From contig BROI01000017.1 of the NCBI GenBank assembly GCA_027923505.1, positions 1 through 64,000 on the forward strand: a DNA stretch of 64,000 bases, read 5' to 3'. Below the pieces are notes generated by a model. It saw only the letters and a list, made by a program, of their open reading frames with translations, did not search any database and was not told the origin of the DNA. Each line of letters begins with the position of its first letter. Position 1 is the stretch's first letter. Both the position numbers and the translations under genes were made by a program. This document shows positions 1 through 11,936 of the stretch, in pieces. This stretch comes from Mayamaea pseudoterrestris. Taxonomy: Eukaryota.

Positions 1-3000
1 GGCGGCATGGGGCGCTTGACAGGGAAGAATCTGCAATGTGGTGTTGGATACCCACAGTGGGAGGCGTATCCATGATGTCAGCCAGGGCAGTCCTTTTGCA
101 CCATTTGAGACTATGCACTGTCAATGCTTTTTGCTGACATTGGGTATTTGGGTGGCCAGGGTGGCTGGAAGAACGGTCCAGTGGTGTCTGGTCATACATG
201 GAGCGAATTTGTCAGCCTCCAGGCAAGTCCTTTTTTGCACCATTTGAGACTCTGCACCTTCAAATGGCATACCCTGAATGTTTTGCCTGATTCATTGGGT
301 ATTTGTGGCCAGGGCATGGGGCGCTTGACAGGAAGAATCTGCAACTTGTGGTGTTGCAAACCCACAGTGAGGCGCATCCATGTTTTCGGCCTCCAGGCAA
401 TCCTTTTGCACCCATTTGAGACTCTTGCTATCAATGTCATCCCCTGGATATGTTTTGCCTGACATTGGTTTTTGGGTGGCCAGGGCATGGGGCGTTTGAC
501 AGGGAAGAATCTGCAACCCGAGTGTGGCCATATCCACAGTGGAGGCCGTACCAGTTGTCAGCTCCAGGCAGTCCTTTTGCACGATTTGAGATCTGCACTG
601 TCAATGGCCTACTCTGGACATGCTTTTGGCCTGATTCAGGGGTTTTGGGTGGCCAGGGCATGGGGCGTTGACAGGGAAGAATCAATTGTGGTGTATTACT
701 CATGGAGGCGCATCCATGGTGTCAGCTCCCAGGCAGTCCTTGCACCATTTGAGACTCTGCATTTCAATGGCATACCCTGGACATGTTTTGCCTGACTCCA
801 TTGGGTATTTTTGGGTGGCCAGGGCATGGGGCGTTTGACAGGGAAGAATCTGCAACTTGTGCCGTTGGCCATACCCACAGTGGAGGCCGTACTATCAGCT
901 CCAGGCAGTCCTTTTGCACCATTTCCGAGACTCCACCCGTCAATGACGCTGACATGTTTTTGCCTGACCCATTGGGTATGGGTGGCCAGGCATGGGGCGA
1001 TGCACAGGGCAGAATGAATTGTGTGTTGGCCATACCAGGAGGCATCTGTCAGCCTCCAGGCAGTCCTTTGCACCATTTGAGACATTCAAGCTGACTGTTT
1101 TGCTGACATTGGGTATTTGGGGGTGGCCAGGGATGGGGCGTTTGACAGTCAGAATCGAAATTGTGGTGTTGGTCATACCCACTGTGGAGGCGTACCCATG
1201 TGTCAGCTCCAGGCAGTCCTTTTGCACCATTTGAGACTTGCACCTTCAATGGATACCGGAAGTATTGTATTTGGTGCAACAATGTTGGTCACCCCGTGGA
1301 GGTCGTACCCATGGTGTCAGCTCCAGGCAGTCCTTTTTGCACCATTTGAGATCTGCACTGTCAATGGCCTACCCTGGACATGGTTTGCCCGAATTCTATT
1401 GGGTATTTGGTGGCCAGGGCATGGGCGTTTGACAGGAAGAATCTGCAACTTGTGGTGTTGGCATATTCAGTGGAGTCGGATCTTGTCAGCTTCAGGCAGT
1501 CCTTTTTGCACCATTTGAGAATACGCATCACAATGAGCATACGGACATGTTTTGCCTGGACTCATTGGGTATTTGGGTGGCCAGGGCATGGGGGTTCTGA
1601 TACAGGGAAGAATCTGCAACTTGTGGTGTTGGCGTCCGGTCGTTGCCAGCTCCACCCTCCAGGCAGTCCTTTTGCACCATTTGAGACTATGCACCTGTCA
1701 ATACACACTGGGACATGTTTTTACCTGACTCATTGGGTATTTGGGGTGGCCAGGGCATGGGGCGTTGACAGGAAGAATCTGCAACTTGTGGTGTTGGCCA
1801 TACACAGTGGAGGCCAGACTGTTTTCAGCTCCAGGCAGTCCTTTTGCACCATTTGAGACTCTGCACCTGTCAATGGCATCCCCTGACATGTTTTGCCTGA
1901 CATTGGGTATTTGGGTGGCCAGGGCATGGGGCGCTTTAATAGGGAAGAATCTGCAACTTGTGGTGTTGGCCATATACATAGTGGAGGCCGTACTCCATGT
2001 TTTCACAGCCTCCAGGCAGTCCTTGTTGCAGCATTTGAGACTCTGCACCTGTCAATGGCATACCCTGGACAGGTTTTGCCTGACTCATTTAATGTTTGGG
2101 TGTTTAGAGCATGGGGCGTATGACAGGTAAGAATCTGTAACTTGTGGTGTTGGCCATACCCACAGTGGAGACCGTACCCATGGTGTCAGCCTCCAGGCAG
2201 TCCTTTTTGCACCATTTCAAACCATCCTCATGTCAATGGCATACCCTGGACATGTTTTGTCTGACTCATTGGGTATTTGGGTGGCCAAGGCATGGGGCAT
2301 ATGACAGGGAAGAATCTGCAACATGTGGTGTTGGCCATATCCACAGTGGAGGTGGTACCCATGGTGTCAGCCTCCCGGCAGTCCTTTTTGCAGCATTTGA
2401 GACTCTGCACCTGTCTATGGCATACCCTGGACATGTTTTGCCTGACTCATTGGGTATTTGGGTGGCCAGGGCATGGGGCGTATGAGGGGTAAGAATCTGC
2501 AACTTGTGGTGTTGGCCATACCCACAGTGGAGGCCGTACCCATGGTGTCAGCCTCCAGGCAGTCCTTTTTGCACCATTTGAGAATCTGCACCTGTCAATG
2601 GCATACCCTGGACATGTTTTGCCTGACTCATTGGGTATTTGGGTGGCCACGGCATGGGGCGTTTGACAGGTCAGAATCTACAACTTGTGGTGTTGGCCAT
2701 ACCCACAGTGGAGGCCATACCCATGGTGTCAGCCTCCAGGCAGTCCTTTTTGCACCATTTGAGACTCTGCACCTGTCAATGGCATACCCTGGACATGTTT
2801 TGCCTGACTCCTTGGGTATTTGGGTGGCCAGGGCATGGGGCGTTTGACAGGTAAGAATCTGCAACTTGTGGTGTTGGCCATACCCACAGTGGAGGCCGTA
2901 CCCATGGTGTCAGCCGCCAGGCAGTCCTTTTTGCACCATTTGAGACTCTGCACCTGTCAATGGCATACCCCTGACAGGTTTTGCCTGGCTCGTTGGCAAT

Positions 3001-4660
3001 TTGGGTGGCCAGGGCATGGGGCGTTTGACAGGTAAGAATTTTCAACTTGTGGTGTTGACCATACCCACAGTGGTGGCCGTACCCATGGTGTCAGCCTCCA
3101 GGCAGTCCTTTTTGCACCATTTGAGACTCTGCACCTGTCAATGGCATACCCTGGACAGGTTTTGCCTGGCTCGTTGGCTATTTGGGTGGCCAGGGCATGG
3201 GGCGTTTGACAGGTAAGAATCCACAACTTGTGGTGTTGGCCATACCCACAGTGGAGGCCGTACCCATGGTGTCAGCCTACAGGCAGCCCTTTTTGCAGCA
3301 TTTGAGACTCTGCACCTGTCTATGGCATACCCTGGACATGTTTTGCCTGACTCATTGGGTATTTGGGTGGCCAGGGCATGGGGCGTTTGACAGGATAGAA
3401 TCTGCAACTTGTGGTATTGGCCATACCCACAGTGGAGGCCGTACCCATGGTGTCAGCCGCCAGGCAGTCCTTTTTGCACCATTTGAGACTCTGCACCTGT
3501 CAATGGCATACCCTGGACAGGTTTTGCCTGACTCATTCGGTATTTGGGTGTTTAGGGCATGGGGCATATGACAGGTAAGAATCTGTGACTTGTGGTGTTG
3601 GTCATACCCACAGTGGAGGTGGTACCCATAGTGTCAGCCTCCCGGCAGTCATTTTTGCACCATTGAGACTCTGCACCTGTCAATGGCATACCCTGGACAT
3701 GGTTTGCCTGACTCATTGTGTATTTGGGTGGCCAGGGCATGGGGCATTTGACAGGTAAGAATCTGCAACTTGTGGTGTTGGCCATACCCACAGTGGAGAC
3801 CGTACCCATGGTGTCAGCCTCCAGGCAGCCCTTTTTGCAGCATTTGAGACTCTGCACCTGTCTATGGCATACCCTGGACATGTTTTGCCTGACTCATTGG
3901 GTATTTGGGTGGCCAGGGCATGGGGCGTATGACAGGTAAGAATCTGCAACTTGTGGTGTTAACCATATCCACAGTGGAGGTGGTACCCCTGGTGTCGGCC
4001 TCCCGGCAGTCCTTTTTGCAGCATTTGAGACTCTGCACCTGTCAATGGCATACCCTGGACATGTTTTGCCTGACTCATTGGGTATTCGGGTGGCCAGGGC
4101 ATGGGGCATTAGACAGGGAAGAATCTGCAACTTGTGGTGTTGGCCATACCCACAGTGGAGGCCGTACCCATGGTGTCAGCCTCCAGACAGTCCTTTTTGC
4201 ACCATTTCAGACTCTGCACCTGTCAATGGCATACCCTGGACATGTTTTGCCTGACTCATTGGGTATTTGGGTGGCCAGGGCATGGGGCATTTGACAGGGA
4301 AGAATCTGCAACTTGTGGTGTTGGCCATACCCACAGTGGAGGCCGTACCCATGGTGTCAGCCTCCAGACAGTCCTTTTTGCACCATTTGAGACTCTGCAC
4401 CTGTCAATGGCATACCTTGGACATGTTTTGCCTGACTCATTGGGTATTTGGGTGGCCAGGGCATGGGGCGTTTGACAGGGAAGAATCTGCAACTTGTGGT
4501 GTTGGCCATACCCATGGTGGAGGCCGTACCCATGGTGTAGGCCTCCAGGCAGTCCGTTTTGCGCCATTTCAGACCAACCTCATGTCAATGGCAAACCCTG
4601 GACATGTTTTGCCTGACTCATTGGGTTGTTGGTGGCCAGCGCACGGGGCATTTATAGGCA
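1..4660. repeat. 181-bp tandem satellite array (~25 monomers, runs off the window start)
   Basis: The monomer (ggtggccagggcatggggcgtttgacagg...gactcattgggtatttg) recurs at about 2461, 2642, 2823, 3004, 3185 and 3366, a 181-bp period. Copies before ~2000 are more diverged and indel-rich. Confidence 0.97.
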
Positions 4661-4681
4661 GATGATGTCTCCCTCTCATTC

Positions 4682-5749
4682 ATGAATAAAATGATCAATC
4701 CTGTGCTTGGAGCAATTCATTTTTGGCTTACAGTATCTGTACTGCTTTGGACGACGAATGCATGGGTTTCTACGCTGGCGAGTACCGGCACATCATCGTT
4801 TCAGCAATCTCCAAGCAAGGCTTTTACCCTTTGTCATTCTACCACCAAAAGCATCGATTCGTCTTCTTCCTCCAATACTGATGCCTCACTGCTTCGAGTT
4901 CCAGTCTCGCTGGATGAAATGACGCGGCAAGTCGCTCGGGCCATGCAGCAAGCAATGGAGAAGAATCAAACAACGAGACAAATCGCTCGCATTCTTCTTC
5001 CACGCGATGCAACGGCCGATGACTTTGGGAAATATTACGAAGCCGAAGCGACGCAGTCAGTAGCTGATTTAAATACAGTCTTGGTGCCGCCCGATGAAAG
5101 CTGGCAGGGAGGCATTATGCAGTTGTATCGCGCTGCTGCTCCAACCTGCGACTCTATCCTACGGCAATACTACACGAGCAATGTCGCATCCTCTGGAGTA
5201 CCGCCTCGGATATCGGAGGATCGAACTCTTGATGAGTCTGGAGTCGATGGCGTCGGACTCTTTACGACAGACGACGCATCCGTGACAGTCTACTTGCAGC
5301 CAACGTTGGAAGTAGTCGACGACTTGGTTGGTCGCTTGGACGCGTCGTCGAACAGCATTCAAGACAAGAGAATCACACTTTTGCTCAATCCGCAGTGGCG
5401 ACAAGTTGACGATGCTCTCGATTCGGCCAGTCGTGGCTCTGGATTCTTGTCAAACTTGGCCAACCTTTTGGGCGGCAAGGGTGGAACCTTGCAACGCTTG
5501 ACTGATTGCAACTTTGAGGCCGTCTACAATTTTGAAGGCTACGTTTGTCGGGGATCTAATATACGACTACTGCAAGTATTGGATAGTGATTGGGTTGTCT
5601 TCTGTCAGCGTGATGACAGTCTCGATGCGTTTGTAAAAGTTGGCACTATTGCATCGAGGCCAACCTATCAGCAAGTGGAATCCATGCTTGATCAAGCCGG
5701 CATTAGCTTCAAGTACTCGCGCGACATGGGATGGGAGCCGAAACTTTAG
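4682..5749 (+). CDS. Plastid-targeted DUF1995-like protein
   Basis: 355-aa intronless ORF. It has a signal peptide ending TNA-W followed by a Ser/Thr-rich transit region. The motifs LLLNPQW and RPTYQQVE resemble DUF1995 proteins. Confidence 0.65.
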   Translation: MNKMINPVLGAIHFWLTVSVLLWTTNAWVSTLASTGTSSFQQSPSKAFTLCHSTTKSIDSSSSSNTDASLLRVPVSLDEMTRQVARAMQQAMEKNQTTRQIARILLPRDATADDFGKYYEAEATQSVADLNTVLVPPDESWQGGIMQLYRAAAPTCDSILRQYYTSNVASSGVPPRISEDRTLDESGVDGVGLFTTDDASVTVYLQPTLEVVDDLVGRLDASSNSIQDKRITLLLNPQWRQVDDALDSASRGSGFLSNLANLLGGKGGTLQRLTDCNFEAVYNFEGYVCRGSNIRLLQVLDSDWVVFCQRDDSLDAFVKVGTIASRPTYQQVESMLDQAGISFKYSRDMGWEPKL

Positions 5750-5819
5750 CTGACAAAAACATTACCCACTATGGATAATTCATTTGTTCACAAGAGACAT
5801 ATAGAAATTATGTAATATA

Positions 5820-8800
5820 TTAGAGTTGCACGGTGTTTCCCTCCATGTAGTTTCGTGTTGCATTTCGCGGCATGGTTGACCCATGCGCTGGCATGACCGT
5901 TGGTCGATATGGCAAGCCCGCTGTCAGTCGTCTCTCGCAGATTTGACAGGCTGGTGAGCTGCAAACATGTTCAGTATCGTAGTCATGGTGCTCGTCATTC
6001 GGAGCATCCTCGCGCTGGTACTGATCCAGTGGGAGTTCCTGCGCCTCCTCAAAGTTGCGCAAACAAGGGCCTACTTCTGCTTTGTTTAAAACGGTAGGAC
6101 TTTTTTCAGACCAGCCGGATGTGACGGAAGTATTTTCGATGCCGCTGGTACCGCTATAGGCACGCGTCTGTCGTAAATTTTCGCTGTTTTCTGCAGTTGA
6201 CGCCAGCGATAAACCTCCATCATAGTCGCCTTTCAAAAAAATGTGATCATTGTTACTCATTGCGTTAAGTTGACGTTGCCGTTGCCTTCGCCTTGCTTCT
6301 TGCTTGCCTCTGGCAAACATAATGAGTAGCACAATGCAGATAAGCGCAGCGGTGGCGATCGCGCTCACGCCTCCCGGTGACATGCCTGGTTTTGACTGTT
6401 TCGTCGCTTGTGTAGTTGCCGGTGATAAAGTGTCGCTGTCAGCGTCAGTCATTGTTACCGTCATGCTTTCGCATGGATCGTAGGTATCGACAACTCCAGC
6501 CACCTGACTCAAATCTGTGCAGTAACCCTGAATGAATTTGTAGAAGTCCGCTTCGGAGTATTGCATATCGGTGTTGTTCACAAAATATATTATTGCCGTC
6601 GCTTTTACGTGATGACAGGTAGTTTGGCTGCTGATAGTAGTAACCTTGTTGCACACATCTATCTCGCACGCGAACATATTGTGTTAGTGTGAGACCGTAA
6701 CGCGAGTAACACCGTATCGCTTGAGCTAAACATACGTACCGTTATCCATGGTGGCATCCTCCGTTACGTTGAAGACAACATTGGTGATTTCGCCTTGGGT
6801 CAACTTCCGTCTTGAGGCAACCCTCGAGCAACCAGCTAGTTCTGGACCAGCAACCCTAGATAGTACGTCGTCAATTTCTTTATATGTTTCGGTAACATCG
6901 CCATTCAATGCGACAATAAAGTCAACCATAAACATCAAATGCGGACCTGTTGTCTTTCCATGACCCGCCTGAATGGCTGCGCAATTTTGCCGCTGCTGTT
7001 CTGCAACTGTTGGCGTTAATGCGTTTGAGACTGTTGGGAGATCCTTTAGATCAAATGGCAATGTTGGCGAAGGGGAATTTGTTGGTGCCGTCCGACCATG
7101 CGCATGTATATAAGGTACCGGTGTTGACCCGCTGGAATCTCCAGTCAATAATGAGCCGTTGCCCTTTACGCTCTTGCTGCCCTTACTGCTCTTGCTACCC
7201 TTACTGCTCTTGCTGCCTTTGTTCAACTTGTTCCAATTGCTTGCTCCAGCCTTGAATTCTTTACTACCTTTCTTACTCTTGATGCCATTTTGGTTACTGC
7301 TGTTGCTAGAAGTCTCGTTGCCGTCAACAGCGTCAGTGCTGAGACGGTTCGTATTTGATCGACCGCCCAAGGGCATGGTCTCATTTGTTGATATATTCTT
7401 CACGACTGTTGGTGGGCTTGCTCGAGACCGATCAGTAACTGACGAATTGTCTTGCACAGGCGGCGCGCTTGATGGGCTGACGTTACGCTCTGCTGGCGAA
7501 TGCGTTTTTGTAGGCATCGGCGATTTTGTTAGTGTAGTCGCCGGAGACATACGTATTTCCGGTTTATCAGGCTTTGAAGGGATAACCATCGATGGCCTAG
7601 TAGTTTCAAGAAAGACGGATGGACTTGCTGTCGGAGCAGAAGTACTTCCAGAGTAGGTGGTCGTCGGTTGAAGGGTCACTCTTGTTTGACTGCTTGACGG
7701 TGGCACCTGTCGAGCCGAACTGTCGCTGGCACTTTCATCCCTGATGCCATTACAAGCACAAGGTCCGCACTGCACTGGGTACACCACTTCGCCTAGCTGA
7801 CGGCATGCGGTGGCTTCGCTTATACCTTGGGTTAACAACCATTCAATGTTGTCACGACACGTAGATTGACTGGCATTATCCGTCACAGAGTCTAGAATTT
7901 CTTGAGTGCAAGTATTGCAGCCGCAATACGCTTGCTCGACTGGGGGGTGTCGAGGTTCATCTGCTGCGCTTGTTGTTTCGGTGACAATAGGCGACAAATC
8001 ACATGAGCATGGCCCGCAGACTGCGTCAAATTCTTCAGCTACCTGCAAACATGCGTCTAGTTCAGACCTGCCCTGCATAAGCTGCCATTCAATGCGATCT
8101 CGACACGTAGCTCCCACACTCGTCGATGAATCAAGTACGTTGGAATCGCATGCATCGCAACCGCAATACGTGGCGTTGCTTTCTGTGACCATATCGTCGC
8201 CCTTTCCACCTGCTCCATCGGTTCCATTACCGATATTTACCACTGCACCGCAGATACACGCTCCACACGTGTCGGGAAATTCTTGGCCGACTTGTGCGCA
8301 AGCAAGGCTTTCACCGCTTCCTTGTGTAATCAGCCAAGAGATACGGTCTCGACACGTGTACAGGCGATCGGAACCAGTCAGAGTGTTCAACACAGACGCG
8401 TCGCATTTATCGCAACTGCAGTATGACCGATTTTCGTCAATGAAGCCTGTTGGAATTTCTAGTGACATATCGGGAGCAGTGCCTGTTGACGTTTGATTGT
8501 TTTTGATGACAATGACGGTCGAGATGTTGACAATGGTTGAGTTGCTAGTATCATCTTCGGTATTGACAACAATCGGCTGCTTATTAAGAGTGGAAGAACG
8601 AGAGCACGCACAGGGCCCACACGTGGCAACATACTCCGAGGAAACTTGCGAGCATGCATTCGCCTCCAGAATTCCCTGCGAAATAAGCCAGTCGATGCGC
8701 TCGCGGCAGCTGTAGGCGCCGTTAACTTCAGTTGGTAAATTTAAGACGGATGTATCGCAGGCGGCGCATCCGCAGTATTTCAACTCGTTGCGATTGGCAC

Positions 8801-9620
8801 GTGAAGTATTTTCAACTTTTGCTGGAGGTCCTTCTTCGCCTATGTGTTTCCTACTTACGCTTGGAAATCCTTTTGGTGCCTTTGACTTTGACAATGATTT
8901 GGGAGACTTCGAACATTTTGGTCTCTTAGATCCCTTGGGAACCTTGCTGCCTTTCGGCCGCTTGCTTTCCTTGAAGGTTCTTATGTCAAATGGACCCTTG
9001 GTCCCTTTCGGTGATTTTGTTCTCTTATCTCGTTTCCCTTTTGGCGATTTCGAGTTTGAAATCTGCTTTGGAGCTTTGGACTGGAGGCGGCTGACCTTTG
9101 TTCCCTTTGTGTCCATATCGGCCTTGTGGTATCCCTTACTAACGACGTCGTTACCCTTGATTCTCTTGACTCCTTTGCCGCTTGTTCGTGTGGACTTTGT
9201 CGTTGTCTTGGCTGCTGTGTTGTTTGGAGTGCGAAATGAAGTCGCTTTCTCTTTACTTCTACTTTTTGTGATCGCTGTATTCGTACTGGTAAATGACTCT
9301 GCTTCTGATGTTGCGTCCGTGATCGTATTATCGGATGAAGTGGCGTCTGTGGCTTTCATCGTCATGGCAAAGTCAGTCGAGCGTGTTAATCCCATCGCAA
9401 TGCTCGAGACTTGCAGTTCAAGCGGTTCTTCGTTGCCTCTCATAGTCTCTTTGACGCTCAGTGAATGATCGAAAATGTTTGCGAAAGTGAATGGCGTCGC
9501 CATGGATTTAGCTTGTCGCTGCATTTGTTCTGCCATGGCAAAATGGAGGAGTGACACAAAGAAAAAGAAGGCGACAGAATATCGCACTCGCTTTGCTTGA
9601 TGTATTATTCGTGCTGCCAT
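5820..9620 (-). CDS. Large type-I membrane/secreted protein with KxxK-rich tracts and four Cys-rich repeats (candidate biosilica-associated protein)
   Basis: Two ORFs (6726..9671 and 5820..6677) join in frame through a GT-AG intron at 6659..6739. The likely ATG is at 9620. The protein has a hydrophobic signal peptide, KGSK/KSPK/KSSK tracts, four YC.C..C...CR..I.WL..QG..E..AC.Q......CGPC.C repeats, an RRKL motif and a C-terminal TM helix (AIATAALICIVLLIMF). Confidence 0.8.
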
Positions 9621-10196
9621 CGTTGCGATATATCGTTTGGAATACGAGTGTCGATAGTATCTATGTAACAAGCTATAGGCGCTTCCCCGTACCGTATGAA
9701 GAAGAAATGAGGCAGTGGAATATGATCGAGATACGTTTGGTCGGCTGGCGCGTCAAGTGGACCAGTATGGAAAGTTAGTTAAAGATCCAACGAAAGACGA
9801 CATGCAACTGATACGCCGGCCGAGCATGTTTTCAAGACGATGGCGCTCCGTCCTTGTCATAGCGGTTATAAAGACACGCTCGCCCCGCTCATTTGAGGTT
9901 TCAGAACGCCTAATCAACTTACGGCGCGCGCGTGTCAACGGGCGAATCCGAGAAGGATCAGCACCTCACATTTTCGATGGCGAGCCATGCCCAATTATGA
10001 AGGTCGCTTGATGCTTTGGCGCATCGCTTGACAGAATTGACGTTGTTGAGCGATTGTCCTTGCCAGAGTGGAGTTGGTCGGGTTTCTCTACTTTAAAGAA
10101 GCCCTCAATCAATCCTTCGTACTTGTTCGGACAGTTTCGTGTGTCAGTCCGCCGCTGACCGCTGACACCTTTGGCTCCTTGTCACTTCGTCCAACC

Positions 10197-11936
10197 ATGG
10201 AGCTACCAACGACGACGACAAAAACAATCGAGCGTGAACTAGCGCAAGCCATCGAGGAAAGCGATGAACATTTTCACCTTCCAGGGCTATCAGTAAGGTT
10301 GTCAAGCAACGACAGAGAAAATCAAGTCATGCTGCTCGGCGAAGAAGATGCCAACCTTTGGACGACGGCCATTCCAGAAGTCGAAGTTCACCTTGCGCAT
10401 TGGGAGCAAGCGAGTACACATACACGCGAACCATCGATCGGCGATACTACGATTCAAAGTGACGATCCCAGTGAAGCGCCGAAAAAGTCAAGCGACAAGC
10501 CTTGTCGGCTGACTCAAGTGATAGCATTCCTTAAGTACTTTTACTCGACGGCTCTCCTCTGCTTTTGCGTCGTTTTGGTTGCTTCAGTCATTTTCTCACG
10601 GCAATCCAATGCAACAAGCACATTTAACCTTCATCCGGCCATTGCCTTTTGTCTCTTTCTGTTTTTCATTATGTGGCTGAGTCTGTTGGAAGGTGGTTTG
10701 AACTGCATGATTGGGCTACAGCAAACCGACAAGCACCAGTATGCAGCCTCGCATGTCTGGACGAGTAAATGCACCAAGCTAGCTCATGCTGGTGACAATA
10801 TTGAGCGCTTCATTGTTGGTCGACAGTTTCTTGACTTGTCGTGCATCTTCATGCTGAATTTCCTTGCAACGTCGGTCAAAGGAAGTAGCGTTTTGGGGCT
10901 GCCAACAATTGTCAATGACATTTTTCTCAATACTGGCTTGGCAGTTATCCTCGTGGTGATTGTTTTGGGACAATTGACCTCGCAAATCAATTGCGCGCAT
11001 AGTATGCTCGACTTTGTGAATAACCGGACCATGTACTTGTCGACAATTGCGGCGCTGGCAATTGAAAAGTCTGGGCTTTTGCATTCAGTCTACTTGATTC
11101 AAATCGGGTTTGCCAAAGTGACGGGTCGATCAATCCGAACACATGAGACGCCTCGATCCCTCGGGCGCAAGTTGTTGTTTTGGGGACGAGTCGCCTTGTC
11201 GACCTGTGTTCTCTCGTTTTCCATTGTTGTCATGCTGACAGCAATGTTTCAAGGCAAAACGAGAATGTGGACGGGTCTGCCGCCTGCTGCTGGGCTGATT
11301 ATGCTGATTCTACTTATTCTTTTCGTTGGTCTTTTGGACGGGCTCCAAGTGGCATTCTTTGCAGTCTTGCACGTGCCGGAGAAGGAGATTCGTGAGCAAG
11401 GCGTGGCGTGGAAGAATTGTAAATTCATTTTTTCCGGTCGCAACCTGCAGACGTTTCTAGTCGGTCGACAGATCTTTCAAACATTGTGTCAATTCTTCAT
11501 TGCTCGTCTATCCACAGTTAAGGTCGCGCCTGGCGAAGACAATTTGTTTGGGGTCCCGGATGGTGTGCAGCAATTTTTCAATACTGGCATTCTTGGTTCC
11601 ATATTTGCGACGATTATCGCCTCGTTGATCTGGCGAGTGACGGCGTCTTGCTTTCCGTTTTTATTCTTATCAAATCCATTAAGCTACTGCTTTTTACGCT
11701 TTTGCATATTGGTCGAGTCGTCTGGCGTCTGCTGGTCGGCCTGGTTGGTGGCAGCAGTACACCGGCGTGTTGCGGGTCTCCAACTTGACGAATCTTATAT
11801 TGGAGAATTCCGTGGACAAATTCTTCTTGGAGGCGATTCCACAGATAATGAGTCAATGGAGGTCGATATTGATCTTTCGCGAGTCCAGGAGCAGCCTTCA
11901 GAAAGTGAATTGTCACCGGCAGCGCAAGAAGTATAA
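10197..11936 (+). CDS. SIT: Silicon (silicic acid) transporter, SIT family, with divergent motifs
   Basis: About 10 TM segments in two halves. It carries FIVGRQF and FLVGRQI (GRQ motifs), GQLTSQINCAHSMLDFVNN and QVAFFAV. The first ATG is at 10197. Confidence 0.92.
   Translation: MELPTTTTKTIERELAQAIEESDEHFHLPGLSVRLSSNDRENQVMLLGEEDANLWTTAIPEVEVHLAHWEQASTHTREPSIGDTTIQSDDPSEAPKKSSDKPCRLTQVIAFLKYFYSTALLCFCVVLVASVIFSRQSNATSTFNLHPAIAFCLFLFFIMWLSLLEGGLNCMIGLQQTDKHQYAASHVWTSKCTKLAHAGDNIERFIVGRQFLDLSCIFMLNFLATSVKGSSVLGLPTIVNDIFLNTGLAVILVVIVLGQLTSQINCAHSMLDFVNNRTMYLSTIAALAIEKSGLLHSVYLIQIGFAKVTGRSIRTHETPRSLGRKLLFWGRVALSTCVLSFSIVVMLTAMFQGKTRMWTGLPPAAGLIMLILLILFVGLLDGLQVAFFAVLHVPEKEIREQGVAWKNCKFIFSGRNLQTFLVGRQIFQTLCQFFIARLSTVKVAPGEDNLFGVPDGVQQFFNTGILGSIFATIIASLIWRVTASCFPFLFLSNPLSYCFLRFCILVESSGVCWSAWLVAAVHRRVAGLQLDESYIGEFRGQILLGGDSTDNESMEVDIDLSRVQEQPSESELSPAAQEV

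Noticed and set aside
38..4665. Dozens of 60-160 aa ORFs in the first 4.6 kb
   Set aside because: They are translations of the 181-bp satellite. The period is not a multiple of 3 and the frames break in each monomer.
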